Assembly: GCA_039028335.1 (NCBI GenBank) | Contig: JBCCIF010000005.1 | Span: 1 to 60,999, forward strand | Length of the DNA: 60,999 nucleotides | Reading direction: 5' to 3' | Source of the DNA: Bacteroidota bacterium | GTDB taxonomy: Bacteria; Bacteroidota; Bacteroidia; Flavobacteriales_D; JABDKJ01 | Shown here: positions 19,002 to 29,656 of the stretch, piece after piece | Layout of the letters: each line of letters begins with the position of its first letter | How positions within the stretch are numbered: position 1 is the stretch's first letter | Position numbers and translations under genes: made by a program | Notes under the pieces: model-generated | Databases searched by the model: none | Told to the model about the DNA's origin: nothing | The model's input: the letters and a program-made list of their open reading frames with translations, nothing else

Positions 19002-21253
19002 TTCAATTCTTTCAATATCAAATCGGTCATCTCGTAACGCGGAAATTCACCGGTATTGTTCAATAGGATTATGGTAATCTCTTCTTCAGGTTGAATGAGA
19101 AACATGGTGTAAAAACCAAAATCTGTACCTGGATGATAAATGATATTATGCTCTTTTGATGCTCCAAAATAGTGTTCATCTATCATCCAGCCCAAAGCAT
19201 AGGAAGCATCCCAATCGGAATATGCCGCATGCGGCTTTAGCATTTCAGTATGAAAGCTATCAGACACGATCTTTTTCTCTTGCATTGCTTTGCTCCATTT
19301 TAACAAGTCTTCGGCAGTGCTGTGTACACCTCCAGCACCATATATGTTTTGCATTGGATAAGTTTGTTCGTATTGTCCATAAAGAAACCCAGATCTTACT
19401 TTGCTTATATTGCTGGGAAGACCAAGGTGACTTTGTTTCATTTGGAGAGGGCTGAAGATGCGCTGATTGAGGTTCTCCCCCATACTTAAACCCGTGACTT
19501 CTTCAATAAGATGAGCCAAAATAATGAAGCCCGTATTGGCGTAATCGAAATGTGATCCTGGTACATGAATCAATGAATCTGAACAAAATCGGAGAACCAT
19601 TTCTGCTAAATCATATTCTTGAATTAAAATCTTTAACAAATGCTTTTTGTTTTCCAAGACTTCATCTAAACCTGCTGTATGACTCAACAATTGACGAATA
19701 CTTAAATCTCCATGAACGTATTCAGGCAAATAAATCGACAGCGAATCATCGAGTCGCAAACTGCCTTCTTCAACCAATTGCATAATGATGGCAGAGGTAA
19801 ACGTTTTTGCTGTTGACCCAATTCTATATTGACTCCCTAGACTGTTCTGTGTATACCGATTATTAAAAGCTTTGTGCAGAAAAGTCGAATCTCCTTTTTG
19901 AATCAATGCTACTCCATTGAAGAGATCTTTTGCATTGTAAAAATTCAATATGGAATCGATTCTCAATGACAGGCTTCTAGGCAATTTTTGGAGACGTTCT
20001 TCCATTTGAAGCTTCAAATCATTTGCTTGGTTGTTCGCCTCTATCTTTAACGCAATTTCTTGAAAGTCTTCATCAGGTAAAATGACGATAAAATCCTTCC
20101 AAAATTCGGGATCAAAATCTGCGCTTTGTTCTTCGATAAGTGCTTTACTTCTTATGTACTCTCCTTTTTCAAATGGGCTTGAATTGGTAAAATCCATTCC
20201 TGTCACAACATAATCTACACGCGTATCTGCGATAAAATCATAATGATCTCGATTACTTTGAAAATGCAAGCGTGCATCATTTCGAGCAGATTTTAAATAA
20301 TAACGTTGACCAATTTTTCGGTATTCAATCTGATAAACATCCTTGGTCATGTCAATATGAATATCCAAGATCCCCATAAGTGCTCTGGTAGCAGGGTCGC
20401 CATATTTATAATATTCTATACCCTTTTCACTCAATGCTAATTTAGCCTGTACAATCGCAAACGTCTCTTTTTCAATGAGGAATTCCCCGGTATATCCAGC
20501 CTTCTTCGTGCCTTCTTTTTGATCGAATTGAATTTTCCAATACTCAATTCCATCCAGATTTAATGATCCCAGGTATTTGAATTCATGAAGGGCCAAGCCC
20601 TTTTTATTCAATAAATCAAATCCATCCAAATGATTCATGAAATCAAATTCATGAACGCTCTCACTACGTAGTCCCAAATCGAGTCCCTGAGAGGCCCTTT
20701 CATCTTTTAATGCGCGCAATTTATCTAATCTAAACTGCTCTTCTTTATGATCATTATGCAAGGTAAAAACAGCCTCAGAGAGATGAATAAATTGTTGATC
20801 TTTTCTAGAAGTTACGCGATAAAATCCTTGGCTCTTATAAGGAGTTGCAAAGTAATTCTCATCCGCTCTTTTGAGCACTTCTTCAATGATACTTCTGGCA
20901 CTCCTTCCAAGAATTTCGACTTCTTCCAATTCGGCTATTTCCGCTTGCAATTCAAACTCCTTGAGAGAAATTGCTTCATTCAAAGGGACAAAGAAACTGC
21001 GATATCCGACATAAGAAATACGCAATGTATCTTTTAAATCGTCTTTAGAAATAAGCAAACGAAAACGACCTTTATCATTGCTCAAAGTCCCCCTAAAATT
21101 TGCTGTATTTGCAATACTCGCAAAAGGCAACGGTATTCCCGTCTCTTGGTCCTTGATTACAGCTTCCAATTCAATTACCTGACATTGCAAAGAATTGGGT
21201 AAAGCGAAGCATAAAATGCAAAGAGAAATGAATAAGATATTCTTCACACCCAA
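18998..21253 (-). CDS. Serine hydrolase (beta-lactamase/peptidase family) fused to an N-terminal carboxypeptidase-regulatory-like domain
   Basis: Signal peptide, DQETGIPLPFASI...ISYVGY; C-terminal IGSTAKTF (SxxK), LLSHTAGL, YAN (YxN), HPGT. Confidence 0.85.
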   Translation of the reverse strand: MGVKNILFISLCILCFALPNSLQCQVIELEAVIKDQETGIPLPFASIANTANFRGTLSNDKGRFRLLISKDDLKDTLRISYVGYRSFFVPLNEAISLKEFELQAEIAELEEVEILGRSARSIIEEVLKRADENYFATPYKSQGFYRVTSRKDQQFIHLSEAVFTLHNDHKEEQFRLDKLRALKDERASQGLDLGLRSESVHEFDFMNHLDGFDLLNKKGLALHEFKYLGSLNLDGIEYWKIQFDQKEGTKKAGYTGEFLIEKETFAIVQAKLALSEKGIEYYKYGDPATRALMGILDIHIDMTKDVYQIEYRKIGQRYYLKSARNDARLHFQSNRDHYDFIADTRVDYVVTGMDFTNSSPFEKGEYIRSKALIEEQSADFDPEFWKDFIVILPDEDFQEIALKIEANNQANDLKLQMEERLQKLPRSLSLRIDSILNFYNAKDLFNGVALIQKGDSTFLHKAFNNRYTQNSLGSQYRIGSTAKTFTSAIIMQLVEEGSLRLDDSLSIYLPEYVHGDLSIRQLLSHTAGLDEVLENKKHLLKILIQEYDLAEMVLRFCSDSLIHVPGSHFDYANTGFIILAHLIEEVTGLSMGENLNQRIFSPLQMKQSHLGLPSNISKVRSGFLYGQYEQTYPMQNIYGAGGVHSTAEDLLKWSKAMQEKKIVSDSFHTEMLKPHAAYSDWDASYALGWMIDEHYFGASKEHNIIYHPGTDFGFYTMFLIQPEEEITIILLNNTGEFPRYEMTDLILKELN

Positions 21254-21291
21254 AAATAAATGAAAGATTGAAAATGAGTCCTAAAGAAATG

Positions 21292-22587
21292 TTAACTCAC
21301 CGCAGACGCAGTCAAACTCTTCTGAACTGAAAAAATTAATTTCTCTAAATCACTTTCTTCCAATGCTTCACAAATGAACCAGGTCTCGTAGGCAGAAGGA
21401 GGCAGATAGACTCCGTTCTCAAGCATTGCATGAAAGAAGCTTTTGAAATGTTCGTTATCTCCATTCTTTGCAGAATCGAAATCGACTACTGGGTCCTCGC
21501 AAAAATGAACAGATATCATAGATCCCACACGATTGATTTGCACGGGAACGCTGTGGCTTTCAAATTCGTGGCTCAATCCTTTATGCAATTTCTCCGTTTT
21601 TTGCTCCAACGATTTAAATATCTCAGGTCGTGCATTCAATTCTTTTAAAAGTGTAATTCCTGCAGTCATTGCAACGGGATTTCCAGACAAGGTTCCTGCT
21701 TGATAGACGGGTCCTTCTGGAGCCAGAAAAGACATGATTTCATTTCGCCCACCAAATGCGCCAACGGGCATACCTGCTCCAATCACTTTACCATAGGTCA
21801 CCAGGTCCGCCTCTACATTGTATAGCTCTTGAGCACCGCCTTTTGCCAGACGAAAGCCGGTCATGACTTCATCGAAGATGAGTACAATCTTATGCTGATC
21901 ACATAATTCTCTCAAACCTTGAAGAAATCCATTTTTCGGTGGAATACACCCCATATTACCCGCCACTGGTTCAATGATTAAGCAAGCAATTTCACCTGCA
22001 TTGGCCTCCATGATCTCTTTAACATTTTCCAGATCATTGTAACGGGCAATCAATGTATCTTGAGCTACGCCCGGAGTCACTCCAGGACTATTGGGTTCGC
22101 CAAAGGTTATCGCACCACTTCCTGCTTGAATAAGAAAGCAATCTGCATGACCATGATAACACCCTGCAAATTTTACAATCTTGTTTTTTCCTGTGTATCC
22201 CCTAGCCAAGCGAACTGCACTCATACATGCTTCTGTTCCGCTATTGACCATTCGAATTTTTTCAATATTGGGCACCATGTCCGTTATCAAATCGGCCATT
22301 TGTACCTCCAATTCAGTGGGCGTGCCATAGGAGGTTGATTTCTCACTTTGTCTTTTAATGGCTTCAATGACGGGCCCATAAGCATGCCCCATGATCATTG
22401 GCCCCCAAGAATTGATCATATCCAAATAGGCATGACCATCTTCATCGTAGAGATAAGCCCCTTTCGCCACTTTCATGAAAAGAGGTGTTCCTCCTACTGA
22501 TTTAAAGGCGCGTACAGGAGAATTAACCCCGCCTGGAATAATTTTCTTCGCTCTTTCAAAGAGACGCTTTGATTGATCGTAATTCAT
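21292..22587 (-). CDS. hemL: Glutamate-1-semialdehyde 2,1-aminomutase
   Basis: [48 protein letters not shown]. Confidence 0.97.
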   Translation of the reverse strand: MNYDQSKRLFERAKKIIPGGVNSPVRAFKSVGGTPLFMKVAKGAYLYDEDGHAYLDMINSWGPMIMGHAYGPVIEAIKRQSEKSTSYGTPTELEVQMADLITDMVPNIEKIRMVNSGTEACMSAVRLARGYTGKNKIVKFAGCYHGHADCFLIQAGSGAITFGEPNSPGVTPGVAQDTLIARYNDLENVKEIMEANAGEIACLIIEPVAGNMGCIPPKNGFLQGLRELCDQHKIVLIFDEVMTGFRLAKGGAQELYNVEADLVTYGKVIGAGMPVGAFGGRNEIMSFLAPEGPVYQAGTLSGNPVAMTAGITLLKELNARPEIFKSLEQKTEKLHKGLSHEFESHSVPVQINRVGSMISVHFCEDPVVDFDSAKNGDNEHFKSFFHAMLENGVYLPPSAYETWFICEALEESDLEKLIFSVQKSLTASAVS

Positions 22588-22593
22588 GAAAAT

Positions 22594-23589
22594 CTATTGA
22601 GTAATTCTGACAAAATCTTTGATAAAATAAGATGCGATCATACTTGCTCCCGCGCGTTTTATAGATGTCAAACTTTCCATCACGGCAGCATCATGGTCGA
22701 TCCAGCCATTGGCAGCAGAAGCTTTGAGCATGGCGTATTCACCTGAAACCTGATAAGCCGATACTGGTGTATTAAAGTCTTGTTTTGCTTGATAGATGAT
22801 GTCTAAATAGGCCATGGCAGGTTTAACCATCACAATATCCGCTCCTTCATCGATATCCATTTCAATTTCACGCAGCGCTTCTATGCTGTTTCCTGGATTC
22901 ATTTGATAGGTCTTCTTGTCTTTGGGAACGTCTTTTTCATCAACAGGAGCTGAATCTAAAGCATCCCGAAAGGGTCCATAAAAACAAGAGGCATACTTTG
23001 CACTGTAAGCCATAATTCCCACTTCCTCAAACCCCTCGTCATCTAATTCTTCTCGGATAGCAGCAACGCGCCCGTCCATCATATCACTAGGGGCAATAAA
23101 GTCCGCTCCTGCTTTGGCATGAGATACGGCCATTTTTGCCAATACATCGCAGGTTTCATCGTTGACAATTTTTCCATTCTTAACGATACCGTCATGTCCA
23201 AAAGAAGAATAAGGATCAAGCGCAACATCTGAAAAGATCAATAATTCTGGACAGGTCTCTTTTGCCATGCGAATAAAGCGCTGCATGAGTCCATCATCAT
23301 TCAATGCTTCCGTTCCAGCATTGTCCTTGCTTTCATCAAGGGCTTTTGCAAAAGGCATAAGTGCTTTTACGCCCATATCTTGGAGAATTTTCAGTTCATC
23401 TTTCGCTGTATCTAAACTGTATCGAAAATAATTGGGCATCGAACCAATTGCTTGTTTTTCATTTTGGCCTTCAATAAGGAAAATGGGGCATAAAAAATCA
23501 TCTATACTCAATCTGGTCTCGTCAACCAAAGAACGAATGGCTCTGCTCGCTCTTAATCTTCGGTTTCTTAAATAAGGAAATGTGCTCAT
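22594..23589 (-). CDS. hemB: Porphobilinogen synthase (Cys-less, Zn-independent type)
   Basis: RNRRLR, DVALDPYSSFGHDG, APSDMMDGR, YGPFRDA, MVKP, YQVSGEY. Confidence 0.97.
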   Translation of the reverse strand: MSTFPYLRNRRLRASRAIRSLVDETRLSIDDFLCPIFLIEGQNEKQAIGSMPNYFRYSLDTAKDELKILQDMGVKALMPFAKALDESKDNAGTEALNDDGLMQRFIRMAKETCPELLIFSDVALDPYSSFGHDGIVKNGKIVNDETCDVLAKMAVSHAKAGADFIAPSDMMDGRVAAIREELDDEGFEEVGIMAYSAKYASCFYGPFRDALDSAPVDEKDVPKDKKTYQMNPGNSIEALREIEMDIDEGADIVMVKPAMAYLDIIYQAKQDFNTPVSAYQVSGEYAMLKASAANGWIDHDAAVMESLTSIKRAGASMIASYFIKDFVRITQ

Positions 23590-24509
23590 ATATTAATTGC
23601 TAATTCTGCCCAATCTCTGGGCTGAAGGTTGTGAACTAAATGTTCTTCTCTGCTCAAAGGCTTGGGATGATGATCGTATTCCCATCGAACCGTTGGAGGC
23701 AAAGACATTAAAATCGACTCTGTTCGTCCATTGGTTTTTATCCCAAAATGCGTTCCGCGATCGTGCAGTAAATTAAATTCGACATAACGCCCCCTTCGGA
23801 TCTCTTGCCATTCTTTTTGTTCTTTCTCCCAGCTCTCATTTTTTCTCCGCCCAACAATTTCAGTGTAAACTGGGATGAACTGGTCTCCTATGGCTTTTGT
23901 AAAATTCAGACGTTGTGCTAAAGAATGCGCTTCATTCTTCTTCAAATAATCAAAAAAGATCCCTCCTATCCCTCTCATTTCAGAACGATGAGTATTGTAA
24001 AAATATTCATCGCATTGCTTCTTAAATTGCGGGTAGAGTTCTTCTCCAAAAGGGTCGCATGCAGACTTCAATTGCTTATGAAAAAAGATGGCATCTTCTT
24101 CCCAAAGATAATAGGGTGTCAAATCTATTCCTCCACCAAACCAGGCTTGAGCGATATTCGATTCTAAATCGTACAATTCAAAATAACGCACATTCATATG
24201 AATGGTGGGAACCATAGGGTTCAAAGGATGAATCACTAAAGAAATACCGCAGGCAAAAAAATCTTCATGTTCTACCTTTAGTTGCTTCTGTGCAAGAGGG
24301 CTCAATTTGCCATGAACAATTGATGTGTTTACACCGCCTTTCTCCACCAAATCACCATTTGACAATATGCGGGTTTTACCACCGCCTCCGCCCTCTCGGG
24401 TCCACAAATCTTCTTTAAATTTTTCCTTCCCGTCTAAATTCTCAAGCCTTGAGCAAATCTGATCTTGTAAAAAATGGATATAGTCTACAAATTTATCCTT
24501 TATGCTCAT
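23586..24509 (-). CDS. hemF: Oxygen-dependent coproporphyrinogen III oxidase
   Basis: [52 protein letters not shown]. Confidence 0.97.
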   Translation of the reverse strand: MSIKDKFVDYIHFLQDQICSRLENLDGKEKFKEDLWTREGGGGGKTRILSNGDLVEKGGVNTSIVHGKLSPLAQKQLKVEHEDFFACGISLVIHPLNPMVPTIHMNVRYFELYDLESNIAQAWFGGGIDLTPYYLWEEDAIFFHKQLKSACDPFGEELYPQFKKQCDEYFYNTHRSEMRGIGGIFFDYLKKNEAHSLAQRLNFTKAIGDQFIPVYTEIVGRRKNESWEKEQKEWQEIRRGRYVEFNLLHDRGTHFGIKTNGRTESILMSLPPTVRWEYDHHPKPLSREEHLVHNLQPRDWAELAINI

Positions 24510-25573
24510 GCCACATATTCTTTTACTGCATTGACAAATGCTTTAGCATGATCTACTGGAATATTTGGAAGAATGCCATGTCCTAAATTGGCGATGTATT
24601 TTTGTGTACCAAAAGCATCGATCATTTCCTTGGTCTGTTTCTCAATAACAGATATCGGGCTGAGCAGACGCGAAGGATCAAAATTTCCTTGCAAGACCAT
24701 ATCATTTCCTACTAGAGATCGCGCATAGTCTGGTGTTGTGCACCAATCGAGACCCAAAGCAGTAGCACCCGTATCGGCTAAGCCCTTGAGTGCGTAATGC
24801 GCTCCCTTTGCGAATAAAATCACCGGAACGCCTTGCACTCCTTTTACGATTTCATCTAAATAGGGCAACGAAAACTCCTTGTAATCAGCAGGCGATAATA
24901 AACCGCCCCAAGAATCAAAAACTTGCACCGTATCCACACCCATCTCAATTTTCTTATTAAGGTAGGAGATTGTGACTTTGGTTATTTTCTTTAACAGTTT
25001 ATGTGCCGCCTCGGGTTGTTCGTAGCAGAATTGTTTGGCCTTATCAAAGTTCTTCGATCCACCTCCTTGCACCATATAGCAGAGGATAGTCCATGGAGAA
25101 CCCGCAAATCCAATTAATGGCACTTCATTATTGAGGGCTTCTTTGGTAAGTACTATTGATTCAAACACATGATTGAGGTGCTCCTCAACATCTGGATCGC
25201 TAAGTCGATCAACATCGGCCATGGACCGAATGGGTTCGGGAAGCACAGGCCCCTGGCCTGTGATGATGTCCACAGGACATCCCATGGCCTTGGGAATAAC
25301 CAATATATCCGAAAACAAAATCGCTACATCGACCCCCACTTGGTGAATCGGCATGACCGTAATTTCAGTTGCCAATTCTGGCGTTTCCGCCCTTTCAAAA
25401 AAGGAGTATTTTGCCTTTAACTTCATAAAGTCTGGAAGGTATCTCCCAGCCTGTCGCATCATCCAAACCGGAGGTCTAGATAATTTCTCTCCTTTCAAGG
25501 CTCTCAAAAATATGTCGTTCTTATACTGAGGCAAGATTGTCGTATTTCGTTCGTATGACTTTGAGTAATTCAT
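24506..25573 (-). CDS. hemE: Uroporphyrinogen decarboxylase
   Basis: [44 protein letters not shown]. Start uncertain: ATG 25573, ACG 25543 or TTG 25534. Confidence 0.97.
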   Translation of the reverse strand: MNYSKSYERNTTILPQYKNDIFLRALKGEKLSRPPVWMMRQAGRYLPDFMKLKAKYSFFERAETPELATEITVMPIHQVGVDVAILFSDILVIPKAMGCPVDIITGQGPVLPEPIRSMADVDRLSDPDVEEHLNHVFESIVLTKEALNNEVPLIGFAGSPWTILCYMVQGGGSKNFDKAKQFCYEQPEAAHKLLKKITKVTISYLNKKIEMGVDTVQVFDSWGGLLSPADYKEFSLPYLDEIVKGVQGVPVILFAKGAHYALKGLADTGATALGLDWCTTPDYARSLVGNDMVLQGNFDPSRLLSPISVIEKQTKEMIDAFGTQKYIANLGHGILPNIPVDHAKAFVNAVKEYVA

Positions 25574-26201
25574 ATGTATTCGCTTGTTCTGGAATAATCA
25601 CATTTTCACGTGGAATTTCTTTGGCAGTGGTTTTGCCCATTGCTCCAATTAAACAATTTGGTAATTCGTTGTGTTCTAAAAAGCTTCTTACTCCACTTGG
25701 ACTGAAGAAAAGCAAGGCATCAATCGCATCTAAGCCATCGACAATTGGATTGATTAATTGCGTCTCATAGACTTGTTCTTTTCTGTATGAAAGCCCTTTC
25801 TGCTCGGCAAATTCCTCAATTACTTTTAGGCTTAAATTCCCCACAAACTGGGTCAAAGAAGAGACGTGATTTAGGTCTATTTTCTCAACTAATTCTTTGG
25901 CCGAATTCGCAGAGATGACTTCTGAATAAACATTCGAAAGTTCCTTGTAAGCCGTTTGTCCAACACAATAAACGCTCCTGTCCATTTTCCTGAAATAAGG
26001 CCGAACCTGTTTGAGGGCGTTTGAACTTGTGAAAATCAAGGGTTCATTAGCGTCCATGATCGCCTTCACCCTTTCTTCATTCAAGCTTTTGCGGATAAAA
26101 ATTACCGGTTGAAAAGAAAGGTCCATCCCAAGTTCATTTGCCCAGGCTTCAATTCTTTCTGAGGGCTCTTTTAAACACACTATTTGAGGTCTATCGTGCA
26201 T
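25521..26201 (-). CDS. hemD: Uroporphyrinogen-III synthase
   Basis: [34 protein letters not shown]; lies between hemC and hemE; ATG 26201 overlaps the hemC 3' end. Confidence 0.9.
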   Translation of the reverse strand: MHDRPQIVCLKEPSERIEAWANELGMDLSFQPVIFIRKSLNEERVKAIMDANEPLIFTSSNALKQVRPYFRKMDRSVYCVGQTAYKELSNVYSEVISANSAKELVEKIDLNHVSSLTQFVGNLSLKVIEEFAEQKGLSYRKEQVYETQLINPIVDGLDAIDALLFFSPSGVRSFLEHNELPNCLIGAMGKTTAKEIPRENVIIPEQANTYELLKVIRTKYDNLASV

Positions 26202-27099
26202 AACGGATATGTGCAATTATTTCTTCTCCTCCACCCGATAGCATTTCACGCGCAAGCGTTCTTCCAATTTTATCCGCTTCAGAGGCATTGCCCTTTTTCA
26301 ATCCATCAATCCTGTGCATACCATCTTCGGATAGGAGACAAGCCTGAAGCGTCAATTTTTCTTCATTCAATATGGCCAATGCTCCAATGGGCGCAGAACA
26401 TCCACCTTCCAGCTCGTTTAAGAGCGCACGCTCTGCGATGGCAGCATTCATGCTCTTTTGATGGTTGATTTTATCGAGAGCGTTCAATACACTTTGATCT
26501 TCTTCTCTGCAGTATATACCTACAATTCCTTGTGCAGGAGCGGGAATCATCCAATCCAAAATATCGCTTTCTCTTGGCACTGCATTTAAACGCATCAATC
26601 CCGCATTGGCCAAAATAATGGCATCAAATTCTTCTTCTTCTAATTTTCGTAATCGCGTATCTACATTTCCCCGAATTCCCTTAACGGTATGCCCGTTGAA
26701 CTTATTCAACCATTGTGCTTTTCTCCGGATACTTCCCGTTCCTACGACATAGGGAGCCTCTTCATTTAATTCCGTTTTTCGTATGAGAAGATCATAGGGG
26801 TTTGCCCTTTTGAGAACAGCTCCGAGTTTCAATCCTTCTTCAGGAACTGTAGGCGCATCTTTTAAAGAATGAACGGCAATATCAATTTCTTTTCTCAATA
26901 AGGCTTGATCCAATGCTTTGGTAAAAATTCCAACGCTTGACATAGCTTTAAATTCGCTTTTCTGATCGATGTCTCCTGAGCTTTTGATGAGTTTCAGTTC
27001 TCCATCATAAGCAAATTCTTCCAATGCAGATTTCACTGAATTCGCTTGCCATAACGCCAGTTGACTATCACGTGTGCCTATTCGAATTTTTGGAATCAT
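26191..27099 (-). CDS. hemC: Hydroxymethylbilane synthase
   Basis: IGTRDSQLALWQA, AVHSLKD, RGNVDTRL, PAPAQG, EGGCSAPIG. Confidence 0.97.
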   Translation of the reverse strand: MIPKIRIGTRDSQLALWQANSVKSALEEFAYDGELKLIKSSGDIDQKSEFKAMSSVGIFTKALDQALLRKEIDIAVHSLKDAPTVPEEGLKLGAVLKRANPYDLLIRKTELNEEAPYVVGTGSIRRKAQWLNKFNGHTVKGIRGNVDTRLRKLEEEEFDAIILANAGLMRLNAVPRESDILDWMIPAPAQGIVGIYCREEDQSVLNALDKINHQKSMNAAIAERALLNELEGGCSAPIGALAILNEEKLTLQACLLSEDGMHRIDGLKKGNASEADKIGRTLAREMLSGGGEEIIAHIRYAR

Positions 27100-28337
27100 T
27101 CTGCTCTTAAATCAAACAACTGGTTCACCAGCTTCAATTCATCAGAATCCATGTCCTTTATCTTCGTATAAAATGAGCCGGTAATTTTTTTGATGATACT
27201 CTGCGTCAGTTCTTCTACTTCAAACTTATTGAAAGCTTCTTTATCCCTGGGTGTTTTCTTAAGTTCCCTATTGGATAAATGATTCAATTTTTGCTGAATC
27301 GCTTGCATGGTTGGCGCATATCTTCTATTGTCAAGCCATTCAAAAAATTTCATCTTATCTGCTTCAACAATGGCCTCTACCTTAGGTACTTCTTTTAATC
27401 TCAATTGAAGTGTTTCATCGTTCAATCGCGAAAGCTCGTCAACATCCAAAACCGTCTCGCTCTGATACAGTTCTGGACAGATATTTCTGGGAAGAGAAAG
27501 ATCGATCATGTACTTTTCTCCTTTCACTGGAAGCATATCTTCAGTCAAAGTGGGCGCGCTCGCCCCTGTAGCTACCACAATTACATCCGCCTCGGCAATA
27601 GAATCCATTAAATGCGATTCGCTCAAACATTCAATCCCATATTTCTTCGACAGCAATTCTGCCTTTTCAATACTTCGATTGATAATTCGAATATTTTCTT
27701 TGGGTACATGTTTGACCAAATTCTGGCAAACATTTGCTCCGATTTTCCCCGTGCCGTAAATCAAGACTTTCTCATCAGAAATATTTGGAAATCGCTCTCG
27801 GATACATTTTACTGCAGCATATGCAGTAGAGGTAACCCCGGAACTAAATTCTGTTTCATTTTTTACCCGTTTGCTCACCTGCGTAGCAGTATTCATCAAT
27901 CGCTCGAAAAAGGCTGAACTTGGAAAAATTGATTTGGATCGATTAAATGCCTTGCGCAGTTGGCCTATGATTTCGAAGTCACCGGGTATTTGTGACTGAA
28001 GACCCGCAGCTATCGAGAATACATGATCCACAGCCTCTTTGCCTGTCTTTAAATAATGCAAAGCATCAAACTTCTCATAATCATCGCAATTCTGCTCAAA
28101 AATTGCTTTGACTTCTTTGGAATAATCACCTTCGATAAAAAATTCTGTGCGGTTGCACGTAGAAAGAATCATAGCAAAAGGACATTCGCTATCTTTGACA
28201 AGCTTGAGCACTTCTTCTTGACGTTCATTTGAAAGGGCAAACATCTGACGCTCTTCTACGGGCAGCTCGTTGTAGCTAATTCCGACTACTGTAAACTCTC
28301 TCTCTGAAAATAAATAACCTATACCCTCTTGTGTCAT
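27096..28337 (-). CDS. hemA: Glutamyl-tRNA reductase
   Basis: STCNRTE, GLQSQIPGDFEIIGQ, GTGKIG, NRS, IDLSLPRN. Start ATG 28337 lies downstream of the TACATTTG promoter. Confidence 0.96.
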   Translation of the reverse strand: MTQEGIGYLFSEREFTVVGISYNELPVEERQMFALSNERQEEVLKLVKDSECPFAMILSTCNRTEFFIEGDYSKEVKAIFEQNCDDYEKFDALHYLKTGKEAVDHVFSIAAGLQSQIPGDFEIIGQLRKAFNRSKSIFPSSAFFERLMNTATQVSKRVKNETEFSSGVTSTAYAAVKCIRERFPNISDEKVLIYGTGKIGANVCQNLVKHVPKENIRIINRSIEKAELLSKKYGIECLSESHLMDSIAEADVIVVATGASAPTLTEDMLPVKGEKYMIDLSLPRNICPELYQSETVLDVDELSRLNDETLQLRLKEVPKVEAIVEADKMKFFEWLDNRRYAPTMQAIQQKLNHLSNRELKKTPRDKEAFNKFEVEELTQSIIKKITGSFYTKIKDMDSDELKLVNQLFDLRAE

Positions 28338-28352
28338 AGAATAAATGCGTGG

Positions 28353-28360
28353 CAAATGTA
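28353..28360 (-). promoter_or_regulatory. -7 promoter element TACATTTG of the hemA operon
   Basis: TAnnTTTG match 15 nt upstream of hemA ATG 28337. Confidence 0.55.
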
Positions 28361-28423
28361 TAAGGTATAACAGCAAAAAATACCTCAATATGATGAAGAC
28401 ATGCCTCTAAAGTGATGAAATTG

Positions 28424-28448
28424 CTTATTTAGATTTATTCTAAAAAAG
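28424..28448. promoter_or_regulatory. Fur-box-like palindrome between hemA and araC
   Basis: CTTATTTAGATT-T-ATTCTAAAAAAG; the arms match 10/12 and resemble the flavobacterial ATTTAGAATnATTCTAAAT Fur consensus as I recall it. Confidence 0.6.
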
Positions 28449-28529
28449 AAAAATGACAATTTTGCCTTGAATTTCAATGTTTTAAGCCTATTCAAGAACA
28501 ATTAACCTACTTAAATGTTTGTCGTATAA

Positions 28530-29423
28530 ATGGACTTCAAATTTATAAATGAAATAAAAAATACCTCTAAAAAGAGTAGCACGAAATACGTATTAGAAAA
28601 GGACTTTTATTTCTTCAAAATCGCCAACGAAGACAATGCTGATGGAGCGATTCCGCAGGTTATTCCCAAGGGAGTTATTCAATTTTTCTTCTGTTTTGAG
28701 GGTTGGGCAAAATTCAATTTTGGCCCACATTATGCGCGTGAATTAAAAAATAACGAAAGCATGTTGCTCTACAACCCCTCAATGGATTTACCGCATAAAA
28801 TTGATGTTAAACCGGGAGCTAAAATGATCTTCATGTTGATCAGTCCCGAACGCCTTCATCAACTTTTTGTACACGACACGGATGAGTTTCCTTTTTTAAA
28901 AGGAGAGAATTTAAAGGACAAGGTCTATGAGCAAAACGAAATGAACGCCATGCTTTCGCTTTGTTTAAGTCAAATTTTCGATCATCGTTTAGACAATGTA
29001 TCAAATAACCTTTACATGAAAGGAAAGGCTCTCGAGCTCTTGAGTTTGTACTTTAAGAAAAGCGAAAAGGGCTATGCAGATAATTGCCCCTTTCTTCGCG
29101 ATCAAAGTAATGTAGATAAGATCATTCAATCGAAGAATATTATTATCGAACGCATGGCTAGTCCACCTAACATGAAAGAATTAGCCAAAGAAATTGGACT
29201 AAATGAATATCAATTGAAAGTTGGTTTTAAGAATATTTATGGTCAAAGTGTTACCGCATATCTGAATGACTATAAGTTAAGTCAATCCTTGAAAATGTTG
29301 GACTCTGGCACCTATAAGGTAAAAGATGTCGCTTATGCATTGGGATATACCAATCCGAGTCATTACATCAGCGCTTTCAAAAAGAAGTACGGGATTACAC
29401 CTAAGAAACATTTAATGACATGA
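28530..29423 (+). CDS. AraC family transcriptional regulator (heme cluster)
   Basis: C-terminal double HTH: ELAKEIGLNEYQLKVGFK...VKDVAYALGYTNPSHYISAFKKKYGITP. Confidence 0.93.
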   Translation: MDFKFINEIKNTSKKSSTKYVLEKDFYFFKIANEDNADGAIPQVIPKGVIQFFFCFEGWAKFNFGPHYARELKNNESMLLYNPSMDLPHKIDVKPGAKMIFMLISPERLHQLFVHDTDEFPFLKGENLKDKVYEQNEMNAMLSLCLSQIFDHRLDNVSNNLYMKGKALELLSLYFKKSEKGYADNCPFLRDQSNVDKIIQSKNIIIERMASPPNMKELAKEIGLNEYQLKVGFKNIYGQSVTAYLNDYKLSQSLKMLDSGTYKVKDVAYALGYTNPSHYISAFKKKYGITPKKHLMT

Positions 29424-29595
29424 GCGATTGCGCGAATAGCGCAAAATTTATTGAAGAATTAAGAATGATGATATTAGATTTCAGAAGTATTATTTTTGCT
29501 CGGGTGAAATTTCTCTATGGAATGAGCGAAGCTCGAGCATGCGCAGGTCATGAGTTTGAAGCTTTGCTCGCCAGGATGTAGGTTTAAGGATTATC

Positions 29596-29655
29596 ATTTT
29601 GATTTTGATTCAAATTTTGATTTTGATTTGATAGACATTTTAATTTTGATTGAAT
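29596..29655 (+). repeat. (TTTTGA)n degenerate hexamer tract directly upstream of the hemH start
   Basis: cattttgattttgattcaaattttgattttgatttgatagacattttaattttgattgaata followed by GTG. Confidence 0.8.
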
Positions 29656-29656
29656 A

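Noticed and set aside
18998-20000. Beta-lactam resistance gene
   Set aside because: SxxK/YxN motifs are shared by many esterases and peptidases; the architecture is not that of a class C beta-lactamase.
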